A stretch of 64,000 nucleotides of DNA from the human T2T-CHM13v2.0 reference genome, Homo sapiens, in NCBI RefSeq assembly GCF_009914755.1, contig NC_060925.1; one strand, written 5' to 3'. The position numbers and the translations under genes were made by a program. The notes beneath the pieces were generated by a model that worked only from the letters and a program-made list of their open reading frames with translations, ran no database searches and was not told the DNA's origin. This document shows, piece after piece, positions 26,730 through 39,628 of the stretch (the stretch's first letter is position 1; every line of letters starts with the position of its first letter).

Positions 26730-27190
26730 GTCAAACATAAATGCAAAATTATGAAAAACAATCGTAAGTGAAAACTCCAGTTATTAAAATGTATGGGGAC
26801 TAATTATTGATCTGATGAAATGCTGAATAAAAAGAAAGAGATACGCTTGGATAAATAGAAATCTTTTAAAGTCATTAATATACATGTGTTTATTTTTCCT
26901 CATCTACACTGGAAGCTGCAGCAGGGCTGTATTGTCTAACAAATTAGAAGGGGTGACAATGCCATGTTCAGCCCTATGTGTGATGTCTCTCCACTCAGAC
27001 TTATTAATTTCTGCCAAATTAAAACAAGCCCTCCCCACCCCTGCCCGACAGGCTGCAGGAATGTGTAGTGCAAATACAAATGCCGTTAGGAAGACCTCGC
27101 CTTTGGGCAGCTGCCGGGAGAGCCTGCACACTGGCTTGAAGCTGTTTCAGCACAGACAGGAAACTGCTAGGAAATTGCTGTCCCCAAACT
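26730..27190. promoter_or_regulatory. Candidate conserved non-coding element
   Basis: Repeat-free; ATGCAAAA, CTAATTATTGAT, CATTAAT, TATTAATTT, TGACAAT motifs. Confidence 0.4.
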
Positions 27191-28062
27191 AGGCGCTATC
27201 AAAAGGGGAGCTCTTCCAGGCATGGCTGCACCTTGGTTCTCTTCCTGGTAGGGTGATCCTTCCCACTTGTCTCTGCCTCAGTTTTCCCCAGGGGCAATCC
27301 TGAGTCCTGCACCACTGACCCACAACCCCATTTCAAAATGATCACCTTGGTCCTGAGCCTTGGTTTTTACAGGCATATTGGCCTGGCCAGCTGATCTCTG
27401 ACTACTACACACTCTTCAGATTTCTGCAGGAAACTTGGGCCCAGGGCCTTGGCCTCAGAGTGTGTTTGTAACAAGTTTGAGTATCTCTGCTCATGTGCAA
27501 TTCCTATCCTGCTATGCCACATGGCCAATCCTTCCAGTCTGTGTGGCCTCCTTCAGGAAGTCTTCCTGGAGAGCCCACTACCACCTCTGGTGCCTCAAGT
27601 TATGATTACGCCTTCAGATGTCCATCTCTCCCATCTGCAAGTGAGCACCTGGAAGGCAGGGTGTAAGTTGCACCCAGCTCTGAGCCCCAGGGCTCAATAC
27701 AAGGCCTGGCCCCGGAAAATGGACACAGTAGCTAACATTTATTCTGAACCAGGCCCTGGGCTAACCAATTCACAAACACAATCTCATTTAACCTCACAGT
27801 ATTTCATAAGGTGAGAGGAAACCTCATACAGTTTTACAGATGAGAAAATGTAGGCTCAGGGAAGTCAAGTCCCCTACTCAGTGAGTGATTGGTGAATCCT
27901 GATGAGACTCCATGTCTGTCTTCCTTAGAGCTTTAGCCACTCCAGAGCCTCAACCTTAACCACTGCTCCTTAGGGGAAAGAAAGGAGGGGGAAAGGAGGA
28001 GAAATTGCCTCACTTGTCCCTTTCAGCTCTGACTGGGGCAGGGACATCAGTTAGCATCCAAA

Positions 28063-28337
<275 letters not shown>

Positions 28338-28791
28338 TTAGGAAGAGGCACCTTCAGGATCTGTCCACTTGCTGAATGAGGGAATGCCAAGGGAGTCAGA
28401 TGGATCAATAGGTAGATAGTGTTGTTGTTGACAGAAATGTGAACTTTGAATCATCACTCTATCATCAGCATCACAGATAAAGAGAGCTAACTTCATGCCA
28501 GGCACTGTAGTAAGTACTCTTCATACATTGTCCCATTCAGACCTCATGGCAACCCTGTGAGAAAGTATTATTGTCCCCATTTTATATATGAGAAGATGGA
28601 AGTTTCCAAAGAATACCCTGTTGGGGACAGTTTACATAGAAAATTACCTGAACCTTGTAGAGAAATATTTTTACTGAACCCTTTTAACCATGAAATATGT
28701 TCCCTGGCTTCTCAGTCCTTCCCCTTAGCATAAAGAGATTGGGGTGGCCTGCAACCCCTACTTATTGCCCCATAGCCACAGTTCCAACATG

Positions 28792-29506
28792 GGCTGGGCC
28801 CATGTGGGACCGAGGGATTGAGGCAAGGAGAGACACTCCACAAAGTTCCAGTATCCCAGGGCCTGCCAGTCCCTGAGACACTCCCCAGCTACCTCTCCAG
28901 CAGGTTTAACAAGTCTGCCCACAAATAGAACAAATGGAATAGGCATCCAGGAGTTCTCCAGGGGGGCAGGCAGATCAGCATCCCCCTCACTGAAGTACCC
29001 AGATTTCTGACGGCCACCTGGGGCCTATATTCCACTGCTTCTGAAATCCCCCAACTTTCCCACCCTTCCTGCTCAAGGACTCACTCCGTGTCAGGATCAC
29101 AGCCACTTGGAGCCCCCACCCCTGTAGAGCTATCAGAATTGGGTAAATGCAGCTGTTGTTTTGAAGGAGTAAGTTGAGGGCACTTAGCAAATCAACTTCC
29201 TAATGAATCTTTTCAGGTCTGGATGGGAGCTGGTCCGTTACTATGGAACTTGGCTTGATTTGGAAATTAATGTGGTAATTTACAGCCACTCTGCCAGGCA
29301 GGAAGATTAAAAGAGAGAGAGAGAGAGTGAGGGGAGACAGAATGAGGGGAGAGAGGCCTCTGCAGTGGCAGAACCTTAAGAGGCACCAGCTTAGTGCATG
29401 TCTGGAGGGCTAGACCACATGCACTGGGCACCGTGAAGGTGGTGTCAGCTAGGCTGGGCCCATGTGGGACAGAGGGATGGAAGCAAGGAGAGACACTCCA
29501 CAAAGT
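28792..29506 (+). repeat. Paired 55-bp direct repeats (28792-28846 and 29452-29506)
   Basis: 3 mismatches in 55 bp, offset 660 bp. Confidence 0.92.
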
Positions 29507-29571
29507 AGATCAAAAATCAGTATCTCAGGCCCATTTGGGACTGTACCAGTGCAGGGAGTCCTCGCTTTAGA

Positions 29572-29574
<3 letters not shown>

Positions 29575-29622
<48 letters not shown>
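29575..29622. repeat. (TG)n microsatellite, about 24 units
   Basis: Direct reading. Confidence 0.98.
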
Positions 29623-29627
<5 letters not shown>

Positions 29628-29629
29628 AA

Positions 29630-30040
29630 CTTCTGGGATTCATTTCCGAAAGTCAGCTTTTGCCATGACCATAAGTCACCGATATCATTATTTACTTTAT
29701 GTTTTTCTTTAAATTTACTCAATTTGTATCTTAAACGAGTTTTATATCACTTCTATCATAAATGGAAAGCCAATATTACATACTAAGAAGAAAAAGTAAA
29801 TGTAAAATTAATTGCACTGAAAATAAAACAAAATTACTAAATTCTAGAGCAGCCCTTGCCTGCCAAATGCTCTGAGTCTGAAACCTGCCCCTATTTTGGG
29901 AAAAGCATGTTAGAGAGGTGCTCAAGACATATTAGTGCAAAACTGAGGTGTGAGCACCTCTTGATGTAATCAGACAGATTGAAAGAAGAGTTAAATGGAA
30001 ACTACTTTTGCACTTGTGAGTCAGTGCTGTGTAATGCTAT
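29630..30040. mobile_element. Probable hAT-Charlie-like DNA transposon fossil
   Basis: AT-rich tttatatcacttctatcataaatggaaagccaatatt...cttgcctgccaaatgctctgagtctga pattern recalled from Charlie-type fossils. Confidence 0.4.
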
Positions 30041-33000
30041 GATCTTCGCATTTTATTTATTTAGCAAACATTTACATAGCACATACTATGTGTCAGAGGC
30101 TGTTCTAAAAACTTTTTAAAAATCAACTCATTTAATTCTTATACTAACCCTAGATAGTATAGCATTATTTCCATTTTAGGGAGAGGAGACTGAAGTATGG
30201 AGAGATTTGGTAGCTTGCTAGAAGTCACCTTAAACCATCTAAAATCCTGTACTGGTCATTCTACACTTCAATGGGCCAGAGTGGCCCAGAGCCCCTCCCA
30301 GCCACTGTCTGGACCAGAGCTACAGACATATGGGAAGGAGCAGTATGCAGACAGGGAGTTCTAGATAACTGCAGACTGATTCCTCAGGGCCAAGGCCAGG
30401 CCAGACCAGTGGTGGCATCGCTGGGTGGACCCTGGCGGTCACTCCTCTTAAGCCCTCTGAGGCTCTCCATCTGACTGTAAGTCTGGGTTCTATGGGTGGT
30501 GGGCAAGAGACAGTTGGATGCTGATCCAAACAATAGTCTCCAGGAGAGAAGAGAGTGATTTTCTCGCTTTTTGTTTTGTGAAATTTTTTAAATATATAAA
30601 GAGATATAACACAAACCCCTAGAGATTCTGCTTTTCTCTTCTAACTGTTCTTGGCAGAAGTCTCCGAACAGTGCTCTAAGGATCAGACAGGGGCTGCCAC
30701 TGGTAGTCAGGTGGCTGGGATCTGAGGAGACAGCAGGTTCCCTTGGCACAATGGCAGTGGTGGGTGCAGATGGAACAGTGTAGAGATGAGGGGCCCTCTT
30801 TGGAGGGAGGGCTTCTGTGACTAGCTGCCTCTGGAAGTGCAGGGAGGTGCCCTTGAGGGGCCTACTGTGGCAGTCCCTCCCTGGACAGCCCATGCCTTGT
30901 TCTGGTCTTGGGATGGAAGACATACTGCAATCCGAACTACAATCTGAATTGGGTGACAGGGGCCCTGTATCATTATTAGGATAATAAAAAAGTAGCAGAG
31001 GGAATATTTTGGAAATTAATAAAGCATTATTCTCTTTTGCATCCCCAAGTACATGAGTCTTGCCCCATCTAACTAGCATGAAGTTGAGAATCTCTCAAAA
31101 GGGATTCCAAGAGAAAGATAAAGTAATATTCAGCCTCTGACATTTAAAAAAAGGCCAGAATTTTATCCTGACCAGAACTAAAAGCAAGAGAGGAGGCTCA
31201 GAAGGAAGGTCAGATCATCAACAGAAAAAAAAATACATTCTTTCTGCAGATTTGAGTTGGAATGTGAGTTAAATTTGAAACCCTACTAAATAGCTCACAT
31301 TGGGCATTTCCTTTGTGTCAGTTCATTTATTTGCCAAATGTTTTATATGTACAGCCTCTTTTAATCTTCTGAATAATCCTGAGGTTAGTGCTGTTACTAT
31401 CCCCATTGTATGACTGAGGAAAGGGAGGAGATTAAGTAACTTGGCCAAGGTCAGACACCCAGGAGGCAGTAGATCAGGGATTTGAATCTTCAGGCATTTC
31501 TCTAGACTGTAGCAATTGTCCCCAAGAAGCTACTAGGCCCCATGGCCACCATGATTCATACCTCCCAAGAGCAACCAGAGCACATCTTAAGAGAGAATCT
31601 GTCTTGTCTTCAGATGTCAGAACCAAAATTCTTGGGCTCATGTCAGTCAAGGCCTCACCCAGGGACCCTCCATGGGGCTTCTCAGGAAAGGAGTAATGAT
31701 TCTCAGCCAGCCCCTCACAGATGCCACAGCACATAAAGGTTGGAAAGGCCATTGGAAATACACGGGCCCCACACTAGAGGATGTGAACTGTGGAGGCATT
31801 TGCCTCTTCTGGTCTCCTTACACAGGCTAGGCATGTGCTACCACACAGATTCCAGATCTATCAATAATGCAGATCACATGTCCTCACCAGGATCTGGGGC
31901 TTTACTAGTTTTCTCAGCAGCCCAGTGAGCCCCTCAGCTTCCAGAGGCTCAAGGCACCAGCCCACCAGCCCACGTGAAGGTCGCTGGTCCCCTTTCTCCA
32001 GTTGGAAGCTCAAAAGTCAGGAAGGATCTGGCTTCCCCACTGGTCCCCTGGACATTGGAGAAGGTCTGCCTCACCTGTCTACCTTCCCAGCCTTGGACCC
32101 TTTAGACATAAGCCCAGCAGAGAGGGCATGAGGCCATGTTCATCCGCAGACCTCGCTCCCCTGGGGCATCCAGATCTCTCCCCTTAAGCCTGAGGCCTGG
32201 AGGCCAGCCTGGCTCTGCTAATGCTTGCCGCATGATCTTCAACAGGTGAGTTACCGTCTCTGCATCTCAGTTTCCAAATAAAGGGTTGGAGCCTCTGAGG
32301 TTTAGCAACCACTGTTCCCCCAGTCTGGAACACCCTTCCTCTCTACTTCTTAGACTGGCTAACTTCTAGGTCTTTCTAGACTCAACTCATCTTATCAGAT
32401 CATTTAGGAGGCCTTTTTCCATCCTCCATCTTCCAACTCCTATCCTAAGCTGAATTGCGTTTCTCCTCTCTGCTCCAATAATTATTATTATGTTTTCGGT
32501 ATAATGTCAAACTTTTATTAAGCACTTACTGTATGTCAGGCAGTGTTCTAAGACTTCACATATATGAATTTATTTACTTTTCACAACAAGTCCATAAGGT
32601 GGATGCTAGTAGTGTCCTTATTTTACTACAAAGGAAACTAAGAAATAGAGGCAAAATGAATTACCTGAGGTCATCTAGCAAGGAAGTGTCTGAGCTGGTA
32701 TTTGAACTCCTCCATGGTTCTAAAGAATGATGAAAAAGTACGATGGGGCATGAGGGAAGCCACCTTTCCTGTCAGAGGTTCCATTGTGGTATGTGATCCC
32801 GTTCAGGGAGGCCCAGCCAAAGTTTATAGTCAAATCACTTCTTTTACAGCTTAGCAATGACCTCCAAACCCAACTTGCTGCTCCCAGCATCAGTAATTTT
32901 GTCTGTTGTCATTGTCACGATTACCCCAAATTCACCCCAGAATAGAAGTCCGAGCTGTGGAAGGACAAGGACATGGCATCATGAATCAGAAAATGGGGTA

Positions 33001-33128
33001 AGATCTGAGGCTGAGTGTGATTTGGGCAAGTTCCAGCTCCTCTCTGAGCTGTTCTCTCATCTGAAAAAAATGGAGATACAATACCTACCTCAGAGATTTG
33101 GGGAGGATGAAATAAAAGAACTGGTGTC

Positions 33129-33487
33129 TTGGGAAGCCAAGGTGGGAGGATCGCTTGAGACCAGGAGTTTGAGACCAGCCTTGACAACAGTGAGGCTCCA
33201 TCTCTACAAAAAGTTTAAAATTAGCTGGGTGTAGTGGTGTGCATCTGCAGTCCTATCTACTCAGGAAGCTGAGACAGGAAGATTGCTTGAGCCCAGGAGT
33301 TTGGGTCTGCAGTGAGCCATGACCACACCTCTTAACTCCAGCCAGTGACAAAGTGAGATCCTGTCTCAAATATGTATGTGTGTGTGTATATATATGTATG
33401 TGTGTGTGTATATATATATGTGTGTGTGTGTGTATATATATATTATAGTCATACATATATATATATATATATATATATGTATACATA
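33129..33487 (+). mobile_element. AluJ (slightly 5'-truncated) whose tail has become a (TA)/(TG) microsatellite (33371-33487)
   Basis: ggaggatcgcttgag / gattgcttgagcccaggag; TSD tggtgtc 33122-33128 / 33488-33494. Confidence 0.92.
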
Positions 33488-34799
33488 TGGTGTCAAGGCC
33501 CTGAGCAATTAATTCAGCAAGAACCTGAATAGCAAGGACCTATTCAGCAAGGACCTATGGCTGTTGCTGTCAAAGAGGGAAAAATGTCCCTGCCCTCAGA
33601 GAGTTTACATTTGAAGATGGTATTTGCACTAGAGTTGTTCCCCAGATCAACTCTTCCTGAAGGAAACTGTCTCTATTCATGAAATCACTGTGTTCCCATC
33701 ATATGAGAATCTCAGAATCCATATTGACAGGTACCCTACTGCCCTACTCACTGCTATCTCCTCTTCTCCTTCCTCTGTCCCCACCTAGGTAAATGAGAGG
33801 CCTCTGACAGCTCACCCTCTTCTCTGGGTATTCTTCCTCCTCTCTAAAATAAGGAGTTTGGGTTGGACAGATTTCCAAATCCTTCAAGGTGGCCATTGAT
33901 TACTGAATGGTTTACTACTTCTTTAGATGGTGAGGGTGGCAGGTGGGCAGAAGGATAAACCAAGCATCTATGAGGACCTTAGGAGATTCCCAGGCATGTC
34001 CTCATTGAGCCTGAGGCACTAAATTTTACTCTCTGGCCACATCAACACCTTTAAATTCCCTTCACCTCCTACTGAGAATACATTCTGGTTCTCACCCATG
34101 TGCCTTTGTCTATGTTGTTTCCTTTGCCTGGGACACTTCCCTCCATTCCTTGCCTTCCTAGCCAGTCCCTATATTACCTTTAAAACTCAGAGCAGAAGTT
34201 GCCCCCTCCCTAGTCTGCTATTTTTGCATTCAGTGCATTAAAGTATAATCTCATCATTTGAATATCTGTTTTTCCCGCAACACTGAGGGCTCCTCAAGGA
34301 CAGGTACTGTATTTTATAAGGTCGTGTCCCCAGCCCCTAGGTCAGCACCTGGCTCATAGTAGGTGCTTAATTGGTATCAGTTAGATTGAATTGAATGTGA
34401 TTTAAAGTCACCTGCTGCAGTACCCAATATCAGGAAATGGCAGAACTAGGACTTGAACCCAGGCCTGAAGACGCCAAGTCCAGCACGTATCTTCTCCCTG
34501 CAGCTGTCAGGAGAGGCAAAGAGAAGACCCACTGGCAGAGGAGGGGTGTTCAGACCAGTTGCTTTCATCAGCCTTCCACAAGATTGGAGGAATCTGTGGG
34601 AGGGGTCCTCAGGGCACACTGAGGCCTCTGTTTGTCCATGCTGCCCATGCTGTTTACTTCCCCTTTTCCCCTTCAGCCCAGCCCCTGGCTTTCTGGGGAT
34701 TGAAGTCAAGCCGTACTTCCCCACTTCTGCTTCCTTTCCCCAGACCCCTGTAAATACAGTGGGAACCTGGCTTTCTGAATGAGATGGGAGGAGACAAAG

Positions 34800-35020
34800 A
34801 GAGCCACCCACCCCCATGCCTGTCGAGTGCCCAGTTCATATTCCTGCTGCGACTGTATCTAAATTTGCAAATCGTCACCCCGTGCCCCACCATCATGTGT
34901 CATCTTTTATGCATGGCCACCTCTGCCGCGCTGCTCGGCCGGTTGCTATGCAACCAACGACAGCGCCGCGGGGGCCTGACATTAGTGAAAGCAAATTGAC
35001 CAGAGGAGCCTTCATCCTGC
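34800..35020. promoter_or_regulatory. CpG-retaining candidate enhancer
   Basis: About a dozen CpGs in ~160 bp; palindromes ATTTGCAAAT (34863-34872) and GGTTGC-TAT-GCAACC (34941-34955). Confidence 0.5.
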
Positions 35021-37059
35021 ATGCAAAGCAGCCAGGGCCTCACTCTTTGGAGAGGCTGCTGGAGCTGAGGCTGGACCACCTCTTTCTATGGGGGCCAGAC
35101 CCTTTGGCTGCAGCCTCCCCAGCCTAAGCTGCAGACACTGGGAAGCCTTAGTCCTCCTACTTCTGGAAAAGGCTGAAATCTGACCAGTGACAAGAGCTGC
35201 TTCCAAAGGGAAGTGTGGGCAAATGCATCTTCAGGCTCTAAAAATCTAAACCTCCAGTATGATGGACATTAGCTCCTGCAGCAAAAGAGTTACTATTCAT
35301 TGAGCACTTACTATGTGCTGGGCACAATGTTTGGCACAAGAACAGTACGATGCAAAAAGCTCTAACTTCCTGGATCCCAGCCCAGCTCCACCATTACTCA
35401 GCTGTGTGTTGTGCATGCAAATTATTTATCAGGACAGAGCCAGCCACTGAAGGCTGTCCCTAGACATCTTGGAAAGCGATAAAAGGCTGGATAATGGGGA
35501 GGGGGAAGGAAGCCAGTACAGCAGCAGGAGTGAGAAGATGAGAGAAAAGAAGGAAGGGAGGATACTGCCTTGCACTCCTAGTATTGGAGGCCTCTGAGCC
35601 TCCTGTTGGGAAGAACAGAGGAAATTAGAAGCTGGTAGTTCTGGTCTCCCCTTCTGCACAACCCGCCATGGCCCCCACTCCCAGGTATGTGACCTACAAT
35701 TTCCCACTCGAGCATGCATACACTATTTTGCACTGGGAGGTAGCAAGTTGTGCTGGAAAGAACAAGGCTTTGGAATTCATTAGAACTGACCTCAAATCCT
35801 GGTGCTCACCCTTCCTAGCTGTGTGACTATAGCCATTTACTTCTTTTTTTAAATTTCAGCTTCTCAGTCTGTACAATGGGCATGATGATACCTACCTTCA
35901 CAGGGTTAAATGGCTGCCATATGTAAAGCACCTAACAGAAAATCAGTAAATGCTACTTCCCTCCCCCAAACTTCAATGGCTCCCAATTGTCAGAAGAACA
36001 AATCCGCTTCCTTAGACTGACATTGTTCCCACCCACCTCCCCAGCCTTGCCTTCCCAACTCCCTGCACCTCTGCACCTCTGCATCTTTCCTCTGGTGCAG
36101 CTTCTCCCTAGAAGCCCTTCCCCTTGCTCTTCATTTTCTAAAATCTAGTCCACCTCTAAGGACTATAAAACAAATTAAAACTAACTTCAGCAAGGAACCC
36201 TGCCCACCAGGCCATTCCCCAATCCACTTTCCAGTGGGAAAATTCTTGGAGCGGGGGATCAAGAAAAGACTCTCTTTTCTTGGGTGGTGAGTTTGAGAAG
36301 CTATCTCTCAAAGCTCAGTCGCCCATTGAGGAATGTCGTTCTGTGGCTCCTGTATCCTGAGGACTACGTCTCACCCTGAGGATGGGCATGGAGCAAGCTC
36401 ACAAAACACAGCTCAGGGACTTACCAGACACCCAGCATTGTTCTAGGTGCCATAATACCACTGTGGTTTTGTCCAGGGTTTAACACTCACAACCACTAAC
36501 TAATTCACAATTACTCATTAACATACCAACATAATCTTTACTTTTCATACAAATCAGTGAGGTAGACATTACCCCCACTTACTGAGGAAGAATGGAGGCT
36601 CAGAGAGGAAAGGCAACATGTACAAGACCACACAGTGGGTGGGTGCTGGTCAAACTGGGGCAGGTGTGCAGTTCTACGTGAAAAATGGGCTATGCGGTTG
36701 TAATGTGTGGACTTTGTCTACATCATCAGTCATCATTAACACTTCAAACTGGTTTACCCATTTAAAAAAACTCACAAGTTGAAACAAAAAACCACTTACC
36801 TGTTTCTCGTAAAGACAAAAAACCTTTACCAAACCCAGAGAGAAGCAGCTTGGGGAGTGCAAAGGGCACCAGCTCAGTTGGATGACCCTGGGCAAGTGAC
36901 TCCATTCTCTTGAGCCAGGGATTCCTCTCTCTGAAATGGAAGACAAGGTTACCTACCACATTCTCAGGTCTATTTTGAAGGGCAAAAATGATACAGACAA
37001 AGAAAGTACTCAAGTATGGAGTTTTGATAGGTATTAATATACCCTTAGAAGTAGCATTC

Positions 37060-37560
37060 CTCCAAACCAGAGGTTGACAACCTGTTTCTGACAGATGCTT
37101 TTCTTTAATTATTCAATGTTGAGAACTGTGTTGTTGTTGTTTAAAAGGAGATGTGCCAATTGTATTGCCTTCATGTTGTATTGAAAAGCATTTCTTCATT
37201 ATTTGGACTAATTTCCAAACAAATTAAAAACTGTTGTAGCAGTCAAGCTCTGACTGCTCCATCCATTAGATTCAGAAGATGGCAAATTCCTTAAAACACA
37301 GATACAAACAATTCTGGTAACACAATCTGATTTTATAATTAATTTTCTGCCTGGGAAGGCAAAAGTTCTCCTTCTCATGTTCTTTGTCCTCAAGTTCCCG
37401 ACTGTTCTCCCACTTCTGGCAGACTCTTAATTAAGGAAAAGCAGATTCTGTTACCTGGAATTCTGTTGTGTTGCAGGTAAAAAGGCAAATTTTTTCTCAA
37501 ATGTGCTTTGATCACAGAGATGGTCAGGATAGAGGCAGTCACGAAGATCTTCTGTGATCG
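37060..37560. promoter_or_regulatory. Candidate conserved non-coding element
   Basis: Repeat-free; TTAATTA, ATAATTAATT, CTTAATTAAG, AACAAT, CTTTGAT motifs. Confidence 0.4.
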
Positions 37561-37819
37561 GACCTTAGTGGTTCCTGTTTCTACCTTACTGCAGCCACTG
37601 TGAACACATCCTCATCAGAGTGTGGTCACTCAGCAAGCCAGCCCTTGTCAGCAGCCTGTAGAGGCCCCACAGTATGCCAGCCTGTGGAGGAAGATGTGTC
37701 CTGGGAGTGCTTAAGGTCTAATACATGTGAGACTGAGACAAGAAACATGTGAGCAACAGGTTGTTTAAATATCAAGAGAGTGGCGCACTGGGCCCCTTGT
37801 GAGATGATGAGCATATTAG

Positions 37820-38117
37820 ATGGGTCCAGATTTAGTCTATGACTAGGTCAGGGCCAGGTTTATGACTCAATCTATAGCCAGGATCAGTCCTCAGCATGGA
37901 CCAAGATCAGGGCTCAGGCTGTGACCAAGATTGAGGTTCAGAGAATGATCAGGTTTAGGGTTCAGTCTGTGGCCAGAATCAGAGCTCAGGCTGAGGCCAG
38001 GATCACTCAGTCTGTGGCCAAGACCAGGGCACTTAAGACCTGAGGTCCAGGACCAGTCTTTGGCCAAGACCAGGCTAAACTGTAGTCAGGATCATGGCTC
38101 AGTTTGTGATCATGGCA
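37820..38117. repeat. Degenerate ~24-bp tandem repeat, consensus ~TCAGTCTGTGRCCARGATCAGGGC, 10-12 units
   Basis: Units aligned by eye from 37891 onward. Confidence 0.8.
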
Positions 38118-39104
38118 GTGGGATTCATGAACGACTTAGATCTAGTCTCTGCTCAAGTATTCCATAGTCTTCTCTGGGAAACATTAAATTGAAATTATTC
38201 TATCAACTATTAAGAGTTATGACAGAGGGAAACAGGAAAGAAGAACACAGGACAGTGCCTCCTTTGCAGTCTGGGGCTGGGGGTGGTGGATGTGCCAGGG
38301 AACACCTTCCAGAGAAGGTGATGCCAAAACTGTCCAGAAGGGCATGAGTAGCTTCATTTCAATGTCCTTTTTTTGTATCATCACCTTGAGCACGTGGCTT
38401 CATTCCCTTTGCAATTTTCCAATTTTCCCCAGCACTCTGCACTGGATGCAATGTGTGCTTTGAGGGACACTCTTGTACTTCCTCTGGACAAGATCCTGGG
38501 GAACACATCATTTTCTTCAACCTCAGTACCTCCTATTATTTTCTGTCTACCATATAGGCACTCTGTGTAGCCCTGACACTAACTCCCAGCCGCCTTTGTC
38601 TCTTGTTGGTTGCACTGAATTTCTATACAGGGATCCATTTACTCACTTGTACTACTCATCTTCATCTTGTAGTACAAAGCTATGAACATTTTCCCCATGT
38701 TTATTTATAGATCCAGTAGCTCACAGAGGAGCAGCATGGTAGAGAAAATCAGATGATGACATCAAGAAACCAGGGTAGGTGTGTGGCCTCAGGTAAGTCA
38801 CACAGCCATTCAGAGCTTCAGTTTCTTCATCTAGTAAATGAAGCTGATATCTTCCCTGCCTTTATTGTAGGATGTTTTGGAGGCCCACTGAGAGAACTGA
38901 TGTAAAATGCTCTAAAGATGAAGAGAATTACAACAAATCACTCATGGATGGAGGCAGAACAAGTTCAGCTCAGCTTCATGGGACTGGCCAGTTCTTACTG
39001 TGGTCCTAGGAGGTAGGATTCATGGTCTTCTGTGTCTGTTCACAGCCCAAGAACAGGAAGAAGGGACAGAACATGTTTCTGAGCTCCTGCACTGGGGCAT
39101 GAAC

Positions 39105-39194
39105 ACAGTTTGCATTCCCGCTTATATGTCAATGTCTGTACCCACATATACAGTTTGTATTCACATTTATATGTCAATGTCTATACCCACATAT
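39105..39194 (+). repeat. 45-bp tandem duplication (2 copies)
   Basis: 39105-39149 vs 39150-39194, 5 mismatches. Confidence 0.92.
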
Positions 39195-39196
39195 GG

Positions 39197-39628
39197 GTCA
39201 TAGGTTGGCTTCTTCAGAGCAGACCTTGACATGGAGATACATATGCAAGTGATTTATTTAAGGAAATGTTTCTAGGAGAAACCAGTGAGGGAGTAAAGAA
39301 AGCAGGACAGGAAGGAGAAGGAGCCAAATAAGGCTGTGTTCTCAGGCAAAAGTCCTGCAGAGGGTAGATTTGAGCCTGATCCTGAAGGGGAAGTCTGAAA
39401 TATACATCATCCCAACTCAAGGCAAGGGAGCTGGGCTTTCACTCTCCCCCTTCCAACATCCAACAATTGTTGTAAACTCCCAGACACCTCTAGCTGTCTG
39501 TACTAATGGGCTAATGCTAATTCCCAGTAGCCTAAGAGCCATTCACCAAAGAAGAGCCAGGAGTGCTTTTGAAAGCATATTAAGTGAGGTGTGGGGACTT
39601 CTGTGGAGCACCAACATTTTCTGCTAGA
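39197..39628 (-). mobile_element. LTR16-family ERVL solo LTR
   Basis: agcagaccttga..atgcaagtgatttattaaggaa..ggagaaaccagtgagggagt..gcaggacaggaagg; other end gcaccaacattttctgcta. Confidence 0.75.

Noticed and set aside
30588-31079. 163-aa minus-strand ORF
   Set aside because: No recognisable homology or supporting promoter/splice context.
33512-33557. Short repeats attcagcaag(a/g)acct; similar micro-repeats at ~7928-7969 and ~63771-63802
   Set aside because: Small slippage duplications with no further structure.
37820-38117. CRISPR-like array
   Set aside because: Contiguous degenerate units without unique spacers, no cas genes, eukaryotic context.
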